A stretch of DNA of 64,000 bases, from assembly GCA_963699755.1 (NCBI GenBank), contig CAVOVB010000002.1:448001-512000 (forward strand). Direction: 5' to 3'. This document shows positions 28,366-37,739 of the stretch, piece by piece. This DNA comes from an uncultured delta proteobacterium (GTDB taxonomy: Bacteria; Myxococcota_A; Polyangia; Polyangiales; Houyiibacteriaceae). Position 1 is the stretch's first letter; each line of letters begins with the position of its first letter. The translations under genes and the position numbers were made by a program. The notes below the pieces were generated by a model that had not been told where the DNA came from, searched no databases, and was given only the letters and a program-made list of their open reading frames with translations.

Positions 28366-30362
28366 GCGCTAAACGATTCTCGGAACGGCATCTGCGAAGG
28401 GCTCACCTTGGTCCGAACCAGCCTACACGCAAGCCCCAGGTAAAGCGCTCGGTAGGCGGGCTCCAGATCGGCCCCTGATCCGCTCTGTCTCGCCAAGATT
28501 CCGCCTAGTGTCGTATCCCCGGAAACGGAGTCGAGCACGCTGACCCAACGCCTGTCCATGCGGAACGTCTGCAGCGACGGCCCATCATCGCAGCGCTCAA
28601 GCACTCTCTCGCGAAGCGGATCGAGGACGGACTCGATCTCCTCGAGGTGTGCTTCGTTCGCGGCGTCTCGAAGGAGCTCATAGGGGTCCATGCCCATCGG
28701 GAAGGTCTCCTCGTGACTCCGTGCGCCGCGGACGAAAGCCCACTCGCCCCGCCGCCATCGGAACGCCTCCATCAGACGCCCACGCACCTGATCGGCAATC
28801 GCCCGAAACAGCTCGACCGGGCGCAGAATCCCGAGGCCAACGAGCGCATCTCCAAGACGACCGCCGTACTTGGGCAAGAGCGCCAAGGCCATCTCGATTT
28901 CCATGCGCAGGCATCGACCGGTCGCAACGAGATACTCGCCAAGAAGCTCCGACTTGTCGGTCGATGCAACGAACTCCGGCCTGCCATCGACGAAGTATAT
29001 TTTCTTGCGCCGGTTGCGCTGCCAGAGGTGAAGAACACCGGTCTGCTGTCGTGCGACGATGTCGTAGAAGACCGGCAAGAGGGTTGCCGCACGAAGCTGC
29101 CCCTGCTTCTCGGCTTGTGCGAGCTCTTCGAGCTTCCACTGAAGGCCGGGGGACGTTACGAAGCGTGTGAGCTCGGGCAAGCTGGATGGATCGATGTATG
29201 TACCGTCGGCTTTCGAGATCTTGCAGCTCCGGCTGTCGAGGACGCCCGTCGTGAGGAGCTGAATGAGTCGTGGATAGCTCATAGGCCCCATCACGCTGCC
29301 GTCGGGCAACTGCACCCGGTAAATGGTCGGCGACGTGACGGCCTGCGGCCCAATCAGCTCCTGGCCGGCGTGATGCATGAGGTCGCTATCCACGAGCGAT
29401 GGCAGGTCCGCATCCGGCAGATGGACTTCCGGGGCGTCTCCTTCGACCAGGTCGAGCTGCGCTAAAAGGCGGGCGACGCGATCGGGTCCGTGCCCCATCC
29501 CCCGGCGCCGCATCACTTCCGCGCAGGCCTCGGAAAAGGCGCCCGCGGTCGGCCGCTCGTTTGGATCGCGCTGGAGCCCCCGAAGCACGACGGAGCGAAT
29601 GTCCTGGGGGATGCGCCGCTCACAGCGAGCCAGCACCCGAAGGTCGGCATCCCGAATTCGCAACAAGACGTTGAGCTCGCTCTCTCCTTGGAACAGGGGT
29701 TCGCCGATCAGCATCTCTGCCAAGACCGTCGAAAGCGTGAAAACGTCGCTCTTGCCGCTGAGCTCTTTCCCGAGAACCTGTTCAGGCGACATGTAGCCGA
29801 GCTTCCCGCGAACTTGGCCATCCTCGGTCGTCGGCGCCCGACTTCGAACGGTGGCAATGCCAAAGTCGGTCAGCTTCACGTGCCCGGTACGACTGAGAAG
29901 GATGTTCGCAGGGCTCACGTCGCGATGGACGAACTCCAGGGATTCGCCCTTCTCGTCGACCGCATGGTGTGCATATTCGAGCGCTTGGGCGGTTTGGTAC
30001 GCAATGTGCAAAGCCACGTCCCAGGGAATCGGCGAATCCGAAGGAGCAGCGCGCAAGAGGCGACTGACGTTCGAGCCGTCGACGAGCTCCATGACGAGCA
30101 CCAGGTCCTCGCCCATCGTTCCGAAGTCGAACACCTGAACAATGTTGGGGTGTTCGAGGAGCGCAGCGAGGCGAGCTTCGTCGATGAACATCCATACGAA
30201 GTCTGGATCGCTCGAAAACTGGGGAAGAATGCGCTTGAGCGCCACCCGCTTCTGAAAGCCGTGCAGACCTTCACGCCGCGCAACGAAAACCTCGGCCATC
30301 CCCCCCGCCGCCAGGCGACGCTCGATGTGGTACGGCCCGAGCAGCGGCCGTTGTTCACTCAC
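28362..30362 (-). CDS. Ser/Thr protein kinase with GYF-like and DUF4388-like C-terminal domains
   Basis: LAAGGMAEV, VALK, HRDVSPANI, DFG, YMSPEQ; then YRVQLPDGSVMGP; then QTGVLHL...KKIYFVDGRP. Confidence 0.92.
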   Translation of the reverse strand: MSEQRPLLGPYHIERRLAAGGMAEVFVARREGLHGFQKRVALKRILPQFSSDPDFVWMFIDEARLAALLEHPNIVQVFDFGTMGEDLVLVMELVDGSNVSRLLRAAPSDSPIPWDVALHIAYQTAQALEYAHHAVDEKGESLEFVHRDVSPANILLSRTGHVKLTDFGIATVRSRAPTTEDGQVRGKLGYMSPEQVLGKELSGKSDVFTLSTVLAEMLIGEPLFQGESELNVLLRIRDADLRVLARCERRIPQDIRSVVLRGLQRDPNERPTAGAFSEACAEVMRRRGMGHGPDRVARLLAQLDLVEGDAPEVHLPDADLPSLVDSDLMHHAGQELIGPQAVTSPTIYRVQLPDGSVMGPMSYPRLIQLLTTGVLDSRSCKISKADGTYIDPSSLPELTRFVTSPGLQWKLEELAQAEKQGQLRAATLLPVFYDIVARQQTGVLHLWQRNRRKKIYFVDGRPEFVASTDKSELLGEYLVATGRCLRMEIEMALALLPKYGGRLGDALVGLGILRPVELFRAIADQVRGRLMEAFRWRRGEWAFVRGARSHEETFPMGMDPYELLRDAANEAHLEEIESVLDPLRERVLERCDDGPSLQTFRMDRRWVSVLDSVSGDTTLGGILARQSGSGADLEPAYRALYLGLACRLVRTKVSPSQMPFRESFSA

Positions 30363-30511
30363 CCATCCCTCCGTTGGTGCCCGACCCCTCCATCATAAGC
30401 GGCTCGGGCACCTGATGACAGCTTACTCCAGGTTTCACCCAGAGCGGAACACTTGGGGCTTCGCTTTCTTCCTGCTTATGATTGAGGTTGCCCAGAAGGT
30501 ACGGGGGAACC

Positions 30512-32245
30512 ATGGGGATTGTACGCAAGGCATCGCGCACGAAGAAATCGCATGATCCGTTGCTCGGGAAGGTCGTCGCCGGTCGATATCGACTCGAATC
30601 GATGCTCGGCGAAGGAGGAATGGGCGTCGTTTATAGAGCACGACACGTGCTCATCGATCGCGTCGTCGCGCTGAAGCTGATCCGACCGGACCTTCGCGGC
30701 GAAACGCACCTACGTGCCTGGATGGTGCGCGAGGCGCGCGCTGCGAACCGGGTCGACCATGCACACATCGTGGACATCCACGACGTTGGAGAAACGGAAG
30801 ACGGTGAGCTCTACCTAGTAATGGAGTACCTCGTCGGTGACTCGCTCTCGTCACAGATCGCGAAGGGCCCGATGCCAATCGCGCGTGCCGTCGACATTCT
30901 CGAACAGATGACCGCGGCGCTTGCGCGTGCACACGATCTAGGCGTGGTTCATCGCGATCTCAAGAGCGACAACATCATGGTCACCTCGCGTGGTGGTCGA
31001 AAAGACTTCGTGAAGATCCTGGACTTTGGCCTGGCTGCACTGACGCGTGATCCACGACTCGCTCCCAAGGGTGCGGTCTTCGGAACGCCGGAGTACATGT
31101 CGCCCGAGCAAGCACGAGGGGAAGATGCGGTCTCGTCGAGCGATCTCTACGCACTCGGTGTGCTGTTCTTCGAGATGCTGACAGGACGGCTTCCGTTCCG
31201 TTCGGGCGATCGCGACGAGTTGCTCGACATGCAGCGAACGGCGAAACCGCCGAGCCCGCGCAAGTACCGCGCGGACATTCCCGAGCATGCCGAACACATC
31301 ATTTTGAAGCTGCTCGAAAAGAAGCCCGAAGACCGATTCCGCGACGGGCACCATCTCAAGGAAGAGCTTAAGGAGATGCAACGCACCCTTCCCTCGCGGG
31401 AATGGGATCAGCCGACGGATCTGACTCCGGTCGCACCACAGCCCCCACCACCGGCGCAGGCGCCTGGCGTGGTCGAGTGGAGCCGGACTGCGGCGAACTT
31501 CCTGCGCGCTGTCGCGCGGGCCTACCCCGATGGAAACGCGCCAGCCGAAGTTCAGGGCGCGTCGGACAAGATTTGGGAGCTCGCATCGCGGGCATCCCGG
31601 CTCGAAGGCGAGCTCGAGAGCCATTCGAAGAAACTCGAGACGATCGAGAAGCGCGGCCGGGCGCTTCGCGCTGAAATCGGACGTAAGGTCGAAGATCTCG
31701 CAGGGGAGGAGTCTCGCGCCTTGCGTGATGCATCCATGGAGCGCGACTCTTTGAGCCAGTTGATTCTCAAGCTCAAGCGCGCGAAGCGCGCGCATGAAGC
31801 GGCTGAGGCCGAGGTGAAGTTGGCGGGCAGCAACATCGAACGCATCCGACGCGGTCATCAAGCGCTAGGGGCTGCCGCCGCAGAGTGCGAAGTTCTGAAG
31901 ACCGTAGCCCGCGACTACGAACGCCGCGCTCGCAACAAGGAGGAAACCGCCGCCGAGCGCCGCACGCAGATCGAAGAGCTCCGGGCACAGCTGAAGCGAT
32001 ACAGCGAAGCTCTCGAGAACGACCTCCAGACGGGCCGTGAGCGAATCGCCAGCCGTGTCCGAGAGGCGCTCGACTACGAAAACGCGTTCGGCACAGCCTC
32101 GAGCCTCCTCCTCGATCACCTCCGCGACAAGCCAGAGTGCCGAGAGCTCCTCGAAGACATCGACAAGAGCCGCAATGGCAAGGATCCAGACGACAAGCCA
32201 TCGGAGTTGCAAGAGCTGATGGAAAAACACGTCGCCACGCGCTGA
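30512..32245 (+). CDS. Ser/Thr protein kinase with a C-terminal coiled coil
   Basis: LGEGGMGVVY, VALK, HRDLKSDNI, DFG, GTPEYMSPEQ; long E/R/K/A-rich helical tail. Confidence 0.92.
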   Translation: MGIVRKASRTKKSHDPLLGKVVAGRYRLESMLGEGGMGVVYRARHVLIDRVVALKLIRPDLRGETHLRAWMVREARAANRVDHAHIVDIHDVGETEDGELYLVMEYLVGDSLSSQIAKGPMPIARAVDILEQMTAALARAHDLGVVHRDLKSDNIMVTSRGGRKDFVKILDFGLAALTRDPRLAPKGAVFGTPEYMSPEQARGEDAVSSSDLYALGVLFFEMLTGRLPFRSGDRDELLDMQRTAKPPSPRKYRADIPEHAEHIILKLLEKKPEDRFRDGHHLKEELKEMQRTLPSREWDQPTDLTPVAPQPPPPAQAPGVVEWSRTAANFLRAVARAYPDGNAPAEVQGASDKIWELASRASRLEGELESHSKKLETIEKRGRALRAEIGRKVEDLAGEESRALRDASMERDSLSQLILKLKRAKRAHEAAEAEVKLAGSNIERIRRGHQALGAAAAECEVLKTVARDYERRARNKEETAAERRTQIEELRAQLKRYSEALENDLQTGRERIASRVREALDYENAFGTASSLLLDHLRDKPECRELLEDIDKSRNGKDPDDKPSELQELMEKHVATR

Positions 32246-32282
32246 ATCCCAAGAGACGGTTCGCGAGACAGTCGAGAGCTCT

Positions 32283-32369
32283 TGGTAGCCGAGGTCGGAC
32301 TCGAACCGACACGCCCTCGCGGACACCGGATTTTGAATCCGGCGCGTCTGCCAATTCCGCCACTCGGCC
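32283..32369 (-). tRNA. tRNA-Leu (CAA)
   Basis: GGCCGAG/CTCGGCT acceptor stem followed by A-CCA; D-loop GGAATTGGCAGAC; anticodon arm CCGGA-TTCAAAA-TCCGG; long variable arm; T-loop GTTCGAGTC. Confidence 0.97.
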
Positions 32370-32507
32370 AGAGGGCGAGCTTATAGCAGGCCCCGGCAAA
32401 CGTGCATTCCCTGCTGCGAGGGGCACAGCGCTGTGGTCGATGCATCGGATCGACTTTCCGCGGTGCTTTCGCTAGTCTCGGCCGCAGGTCTGGAAGGGGC
32501 TCGATTT

Positions 32508-33506
32508 ATGAAAAGGTCCGCGATTCTGGGATTGGGGCACTACGTGCCCTCGAAGGTCGTCACCAACGATGACCTCGCGAAGATGTTCGATACGAGCGAC
32601 GAGTGGATTCAGCAGCGCACGGGCATCAAAGAGCGCCGGTACATCGAAGAGAGCGGCATCGGGGCAAGTGACCTTGCGGTGCCCGCCGTCGAGATGGCGT
32701 GCAAGAACGCCGGAATCGACGTGTCGGAAATCGATGCGATCATCTTCGCCACCCTCTCTCCTGACTTCAATTTCCCGGGCAGCGGCTGTTTCCTCGGCGA
32801 TAAGCTGGGCCTCGCTGGAGTCCCAGCTCTCGACGTTCGCAATCAGTGCAGCGGCTTTCTCTACGGCTTGCAGATCGCCGACGCCTGGATTCGTTGCGGG
32901 ATGTACACGCGGGTCGCACTGGTCGGCGCCGAGGTTCATTCGACCGCCCTCGACTTCAGCGACGAGGGTCGGGACGTGACTGTCCTCTTCGGCGACGGTG
33001 CAGCTTGCGCGATCCTCGGGAAAAGCAACGACGAGGCCAGTGGCCTCATTGACGTGGAAGTCCACGCGGACGGAAGCGGGGCGAAGGAGCTGTGGCTAGA
33101 AGCGCCAGCGAGCGCTTACAACCCTCGCCTGACACACGAGATGATCGACAACAAGAAGATCCATCCAGCGATGAACGGACGGAACGTGTTCCGCTGGGCT
33201 ACGGCCAAGATGCCCGAGGTCAGCCTGGCGGTATTGGAACGCAACGGCGTGTCAGTCGACGAGCTCGACCTGATGGTCCCCCACCAAGCCAACAAGCGGA
33301 TCAACGAGTTCGTTTCGCAGAAGCTCAAAATCGCGCCCGAGAAGATCGTCCACAACATCGAGAAGTACGGCAACACTACCGCCGCTTCGATTCCCCTCGC
33401 GCTCAGCGAAGCCGTGCAAGAGGGGCGCGCCAAGAAGGGCGATCTGATTCTGATGCCCGCGTTTGGCGCGGGTTTCACCTGGGGCGCCGCGCTTCTTCGG
33501 CTCTAG
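32508..33506 (+). CDS. fabH: 3-oxoacyl-ACP synthase III
   Basis: DTSDEWIQQRTGIKERR, catalytic NQCSGF, PHQAN and YGNT, LFGDGA, FGAGFTWG. Confidence 0.93.
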   Translation: MKRSAILGLGHYVPSKVVTNDDLAKMFDTSDEWIQQRTGIKERRYIEESGIGASDLAVPAVEMACKNAGIDVSEIDAIIFATLSPDFNFPGSGCFLGDKLGLAGVPALDVRNQCSGFLYGLQIADAWIRCGMYTRVALVGAEVHSTALDFSDEGRDVTVLFGDGAACAILGKSNDEASGLIDVEVHADGSGAKELWLEAPASAYNPRLTHEMIDNKKIHPAMNGRNVFRWATAKMPEVSLAVLERNGVSVDELDLMVPHQANKRINEFVSQKLKIAPEKIVHNIEKYGNTTAASIPLALSEAVQEGRAKKGDLILMPAFGAGFTWGAALLRL

Positions 33507-33510
33507 CGCT

Positions 33511-34524
33511 GTGTCATCCAAGGCTGACCGCATAGCCGTCGTTCTGAACGGCAACGCCAGGCAGGTCACCGACGAGCTCGTCGAGAGCTTCGATCAGTTG
33601 GTCGGAAGCGGGGATCTGTTCCTTTCGCGGAGCCTCGATGAGGCAGATCGAATCGCCTGCGAGATCGTCGAGTCGGGCTATCCAGTCGTGCTCACCGGAG
33701 GCGGCGACGGGACGTTTGTGCGGATGGTCACCTCGATCAGCAAAGAGGCGCGCAATCGGAACCAGGAGCCGCCTTGCTTTGGGCTTCTCAGACTTGGCAC
33801 GGGTAACTCCCTCGCCTGGGCGCTTGGCGCAGGCACCTCTCGCAAAGGTGTGTTCGCCGACTTGGCTCGACTGCGTCACGACAGCGCGCACCAGGATGTG
33901 CGTCTAATCGAAGCGCAGGGTCTGCTCACGCCGTTCGCAGGCGCGGGCTTCGATGCGCTTGGTCTCAAGCACTTCCACGAGGTCCGCTCGCTTGTCCGCC
34001 ATCTCCCGTGGGTCGGCAAGCGCGCGACGGGCGCGCTGTCCTATGCGATTTCAATTCCGCTGCTCACCATTCCCGAGCTGGCGCTCAGACCACGAATGGA
34101 AGTTCGAATCGTCAACCATGGAGCCGCCGAACGTCTGGACCGCAACGGGGCCCCCCAGGGTCCGCCGATTCGAGACGGCGAAGTCATCTTCGAGGGTGAG
34201 TGCATCGCGGCGCTCGTGTCGACGATTCCGTGCTGGGGTTTTGGCGCGCGGGTCTTTCCCTTTGCACAGAGCCGCCCTCCGGATCGATTTTGCCTGCGGG
34301 TAGTCGCGACGAGCCCGCTCCATGTCGCTGCACACATGCTCAGCGCATGGCGGGGCACGTATCGGCACGACGACTTGATCGATGTCTACGCCGAAGACGT
34401 CGAGCTCCAATTCCGGGAGCCAACCGCCATCGAAATCGGCGGTGATCCCGGGGGGATGAGCAAGTCGATGCGCGCCCGACTCCACCCGCAGCCGGTGAAG
34501 CTCATCGACTACTCGGCCTCGTAG
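33511..34524 (+). CDS. Diacylglycerol-kinase family lipid kinase
   Basis: VVLNGNA, TGGGDGT, LRLGTGNSLA, GAGFDA, EIGGD. Confidence 0.85.
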   Translation: MSSKADRIAVVLNGNARQVTDELVESFDQLVGSGDLFLSRSLDEADRIACEIVESGYPVVLTGGGDGTFVRMVTSISKEARNRNQEPPCFGLLRLGTGNSLAWALGAGTSRKGVFADLARLRHDSAHQDVRLIEAQGLLTPFAGAGFDALGLKHFHEVRSLVRHLPWVGKRATGALSYAISIPLLTIPELALRPRMEVRIVNHGAAERLDRNGAPQGPPIRDGEVIFEGECIAALVSTIPCWGFGARVFPFAQSRPPDRFCLRVVATSPLHVAAHMLSAWRGTYRHDDLIDVYAEDVELQFREPTAIEIGGDPGGMSKSMRARLHPQPVKLIDYSAS

Positions 34525-34574
34525 CCCGGATCGGCGAAAAAAAGGGGATTTTTTGTTACCTCACTCTCAATAGA

Positions 34575-34590
34575 GCTGTAATAATACAGC
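34575..34590. promoter_or_regulatory. Inverted repeat in an AT-rich promoter region
   Basis: GCTGTA-ataa-TACAGC, 7 nt before ATG 34598. Confidence 0.45.
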
Positions 34591-34597
34591 AATACCA

Positions 34598-35284
34598 ATG
34601 GGAGAACGGAAGAACTGGATCATCATCGGGGCCGTCTGCGCGAGCGTTGCGTTCGCCGCTTTCGGCGTTGCGTCTGCCGAATCGGTCGAGGGGTCGGTCC
34701 GGAGCCAAGGCGCAAGCGAGAGCTCGGACTCCGATCAGAAGGATTACTACTGGAAGGTCTGGAACGGCGCCCTGCCCGAACGAGGCGACACGGACGACTT
34801 CGACGACCTGTTGGCGGTGTTGACAGGCAAGTTCACTGGACCACCGATCGGGTGCAGGTTCGCTTTTCGCGGAGGCGGGCTCAGTCCTTCCACCATCGCC
34901 GCCCGCGCCGGATCGACCGTCCGGGTCGAGAATCGGGATGCCTTTACGCACGAGCTCTCGGTCGAGGGGCTCGCAGGCTTCACACCGCTCGAAGCGGGCC
35001 CCGGCAAAGCTCGGGTGATCTCCGTCCCCGAGGGTGGGCCCTGGGCGCTAGGCGATCGCATCTACGGACACGTCGATGGCTACTTGCATTCGATGCGCGA
35101 GCTTGTTGCATGCGCGGCCGTCGACGGCAGCGGAAAGTTCACGTTCGAGGACGTTCCGCCCGGCCCCTACTCCTTGAGAATTCTTCGAGGGTCAGAGCAG
35201 GTCGAATCAGTTCGTATCACCGTGCCCGCCGGCCGAACAGTTGCGGTCGATCCGCTCACCATCAGCAAGAGCCGGAGGAAGTAG
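34598..35284 (+). CDS. Exported protein with cupredoxin-like and carboxypeptidase-regulatory-like beta domains
   Basis: Signal peptide; GSTVRVENRDAFTHEL; DGSGKFTFEDVPPGPYSLRI. Confidence 0.7.
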   Translation: MGERKNWIIIGAVCASVAFAAFGVASAESVEGSVRSQGASESSDSDQKDYYWKVWNGALPERGDTDDFDDLLAVLTGKFTGPPIGCRFAFRGGGLSPSTIAARAGSTVRVENRDAFTHELSVEGLAGFTPLEAGPGKARVISVPEGGPWALGDRIYGHVDGYLHSMRELVACAAVDGSGKFTFEDVPPGPYSLRILRGSEQVESVRITVPAGRTVAVDPLTISKSRRK

Positions 35285-35287
35285 CCG

Positions 35288-37090
35288 ATGTTGTCGCGTC
35301 TTTGGTACCTGGTACTGGCTTTGGCCGTTGGAGGGGCATTGGCGGGCGCATTCTTGAACAAGTCGGCCGCTAGCCGCGAAGCAGAATTCCAGCTCGGAGA
35401 GCAGCTTCGCCGCGACCATGTCGAAGCGGAGCTTTGGCAGCGACTCGACGCGCGACTTCGACTCGATGCCCTGGCCTCCGTTGCGGTCGATTCTGAAGTA
35501 CGACAAATACTGCGAAGCGCTAGCGGGCGCGCCGGATCGCTTGCCCAGGGAACGCGGAAGCGTCTCAGTCAGAAGCTCAACGTTCTCAACGCAACACTCG
35601 AAGAGGGCAAGGGGGACCTGATCTTCGCGGTGGACACCGAGGGCGAGGTGGTGGCGACTCTGGACAAAAACGACATGGAGTCCACCGAGCTCGGAAAGAT
35701 GCCGCTGGTTGCAGACGCGCTGCGGGGCTTCATGCGAGACGACATCTGGGTCTACAACGGCGAAGTATACCGCATGGCTGCGCGCCCTGTCTTCGACGGC
35801 GGCCGATACGTCGGCGCGGTGGTTCATGGAATCGCGATCAAGGATGGGCTCGCCAAACGTCTAGCCGGCAAGTTGCCCAACGCAACGGTGGTATTCTTCT
35901 ATCGCGATCGCGTGATTGCGTCCTACGTCGGTGGCGCGGAGGCACCGAGCAGCGCTGAGCTCAGAAGTGGCCTCGCATCCGCACTGGCCAGCATGAAAAG
36001 CGGTGAAGGTTCGGTCGAAATAGGCGAACGTACCCGCGCCATTGCTTCACTGGTTCGAGGCGAAGCGGCGCACGCGGAAGTCGGCTATCTCATCGGCCGC
36101 CGGGGAAGCACCGTCGGCCTCGGTGGGCTCTTCGCGAACACCTTCAAAGAAGACGTGGCTTCGCTTCCCTGGCTGGTGGTCATCGGTATCCCGCTTCTAC
36201 TGCTGATCCTGGGCCTAGCCCTGCTCTACGTGGAGCACGACAAGGGCGTCGTGGTTCTACGCAAGACCAGCGAGAATCTAGCCAAGGCGGAGCTCGATTG
36301 CATACCAGAGGGACAACTGCGAAGGCACTATCGGAAGATCGCGGAGAACCTCAATACGGCCCTGCGCGCGGGCGTCGGATTCAAAGAAGATGCAGCCAAA
36401 CGCGCTTCGGTCGACCTCGACCAGATCCTGAGCTCCACCCGTGATAGCTCCAACACCGGCTACTTCGGCATCTCGACCGAAGCTTCCACCGCGAAGCAGG
36501 TCGCGCTCGATCCCGCGCCCGTCGAGACGCCGGCGGCAAAGGCGCCACGGACGGCGCCGATCGATTCGGAGGGCGTTCGTACGGCCCACCCAGCCATGGA
36601 CGCCGCGACGGCCCGTCCACAGCGCACAGCCTCGTCGCGGCCCCAACGCACGCCGTCGTCTTGGCCGAATCGTTCGACATCGTCGCGACACGCGGTCGTG
36701 GCGACCGTCCGCCATAGCGAGGAGCAATTGGGGTCAGGCGTGTACGATCCGCCGACTCGGCCGAATGCCGTCGTCGACTCGTACACGGAATACGACGACG
36801 AGCTTGACGAGTCGACGCAGGTCAAGCACGTGTCGCAGGAGCTCATCGAAGCTTCCGCGCCAGCCGACCAGGGCGAAGAGGTCCACTTCCGAGAGGTTTT
36901 CGAGCAATTCATCGCGACCCAGAAGCAATGCGGCGCATCGGTGACTGGGCTCACGTTCGACAAGTTTCTCCGCAAGCTTCATGCCGCGCGTGAGCAGGTC
37001 ATGAAACGCCACAACGCACCTTCGGTACGGTTCACCGTGTACGTGAAGGAGGGGCGCGCCGCGCTCAAAGCCAGCCCGGTCAAACTCTGA
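35288..37090 (+). CDS. MXAN_5187-family membrane protein (TM, Cache-like domain, TM, linker, conserved C-terminal domain)
   Basis: Two TM segments flank a periplasmic region; C-terminus HFREVFEQFIAT..QCG....LTFDKF..KL...VRFTVYVKEGRAALKASP. Confidence 0.8.
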   Translation: MLSRLWYLVLALAVGGALAGAFLNKSAASREAEFQLGEQLRRDHVEAELWQRLDARLRLDALASVAVDSEVRQILRSASGRAGSLAQGTRKRLSQKLNVLNATLEEGKGDLIFAVDTEGEVVATLDKNDMESTELGKMPLVADALRGFMRDDIWVYNGEVYRMAARPVFDGGRYVGAVVHGIAIKDGLAKRLAGKLPNATVVFFYRDRVIASYVGGAEAPSSAELRSGLASALASMKSGEGSVEIGERTRAIASLVRGEAAHAEVGYLIGRRGSTVGLGGLFANTFKEDVASLPWLVVIGIPLLLLILGLALLYVEHDKGVVVLRKTSENLAKAELDCIPEGQLRRHYRKIAENLNTALRAGVGFKEDAAKRASVDLDQILSSTRDSSNTGYFGISTEASTAKQVALDPAPVETPAAKAPRTAPIDSEGVRTAHPAMDAATARPQRTASSRPQRTPSSWPNRSTSSRHAVVATVRHSEEQLGSGVYDPPTRPNAVVDSYTEYDDELDESTQVKHVSQELIEASAPADQGEEVHFREVFEQFIATQKQCGASVTGLTFDKFLRKLHAAREQVMKRHNAPSVRFTVYVKEGRAALKASPVKL

Positions 37091-37091
37091 G

Positions 37092-37120
37092 TTGACCGCA
37101 GGGGAGCTCGGCTCTACCTT
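37092..37120 (+). promoter_or_regulatory. Sigma70-type promoter of the 6S-like RNA
   Basis: TTGACC (37092-37097), 17-nt spacer, TACCTT (37115-37120); the RNA's closing stem begins 9 nt later. Confidence 0.7.
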
Positions 37121-37128
37121 TCCCTATG

Positions 37129-37322
37129 GTCCCTCTGTTGTTGCAGGTGAGGAAGGAGTAGAGAATCCCTGACTAGGTCGAATAGGGTGCTTCAACGTGC
37201 GTGGTGTGCGGACCCGGCTAGCGTCATCGGGGGGCCTAAAGCGCGCGAAATCCGCTCCCACCTACTAGTAAATTGTAGGGGTTCGACTCAACAATAGTTC
37301 CCACGGCAACGACGGTAAGGAC
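37129..37322 (+). ncRNA. ssrS: 6S RNA (SsrS)
   Basis: ~194-nt rod: GTCC/GGAC, CTGTTGTTGC/GCAACGACGG, GTGAGGAA/TTCCCAC, GAGT..GAATCCCT/AGGGGTTC.ACTC, a central bubble, then inner stems. G-U pairs favour the + strand. The CCCACCT...GGGTTC segment resembles known 6S RNAs. Confidence 0.82.
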
Positions 37323-37330
37323 TGTCTTAT

Positions 37331-37372
37331 GGGGCCCCGCAAAGTCGACGTTCGCGTCGTCCGCGGGGCTCC
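37331..37372 (+). terminator. GC-rich hairpin downstream of the 6S RNA
   Basis: GGGGCCCCGC...CGACG-TTCG-CGTCG...GCGGGGCTCC; U tract is weak. Confidence 0.4.
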
Positions 37373-37483
37373 GGGGCTTAATGGCATCGCGTGAAGTCGA
37401 TGCTCCCCGTCGGCCAGGGAACAATTCGAAGGCAAGGCGATGGTGCCTGGGCATGGTCGCTGCGATTCATCTAGGCTGTAGGG

Positions 37484-37720
37484 ATGAGAATCGGGGCTCT
37501 TCTCTTGCTTGGAGCATTGCTCTGCGGTTCGGTCTCCTGGGCGACCCGCAATGAAGAGCCCGTCGGGAACTACGGACTCAGCGGGGAGCCGGGCCGGCTC
37601 GTTCGATACGCGCCTGGGCACGCCGAAAAGGTCTTGAAGGTCCTCGAGTCGGCGAACGAGCACAACGATCGTCTCCAGCAGATGGACCAGCAGCTCTTCG
37701 GCGAAAATCCGTCTCAATAA
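37484..37720 (+). CDS. Small exported hypothetical protein
   Basis: 78 aa with signal peptide MRIGALLLLGALLCGSVSWA; occupies otherwise free space. Confidence 0.55.
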   Translation: MRIGALLLLGALLCGSVSWATRNEEPVGNYGLSGEPGRLVRYAPGHAEKVLKVLESANEHNDRLQQMDQQLFGENPSQ

Positions 37721-37739
37721 AAGAGGGGACTGTCCCGAT

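Noticed and set aside
32246..32400. tRNA-Leu as an integration site
   Set aside because: No integrase is nearby, I saw no repeat of the tRNA 3' end in the window, and the flanking genes look native.
34575..34590. CTGT...ACAG read as an E. coli-type SOS box
   Set aside because: The spacer is 6 nt rather than 8.
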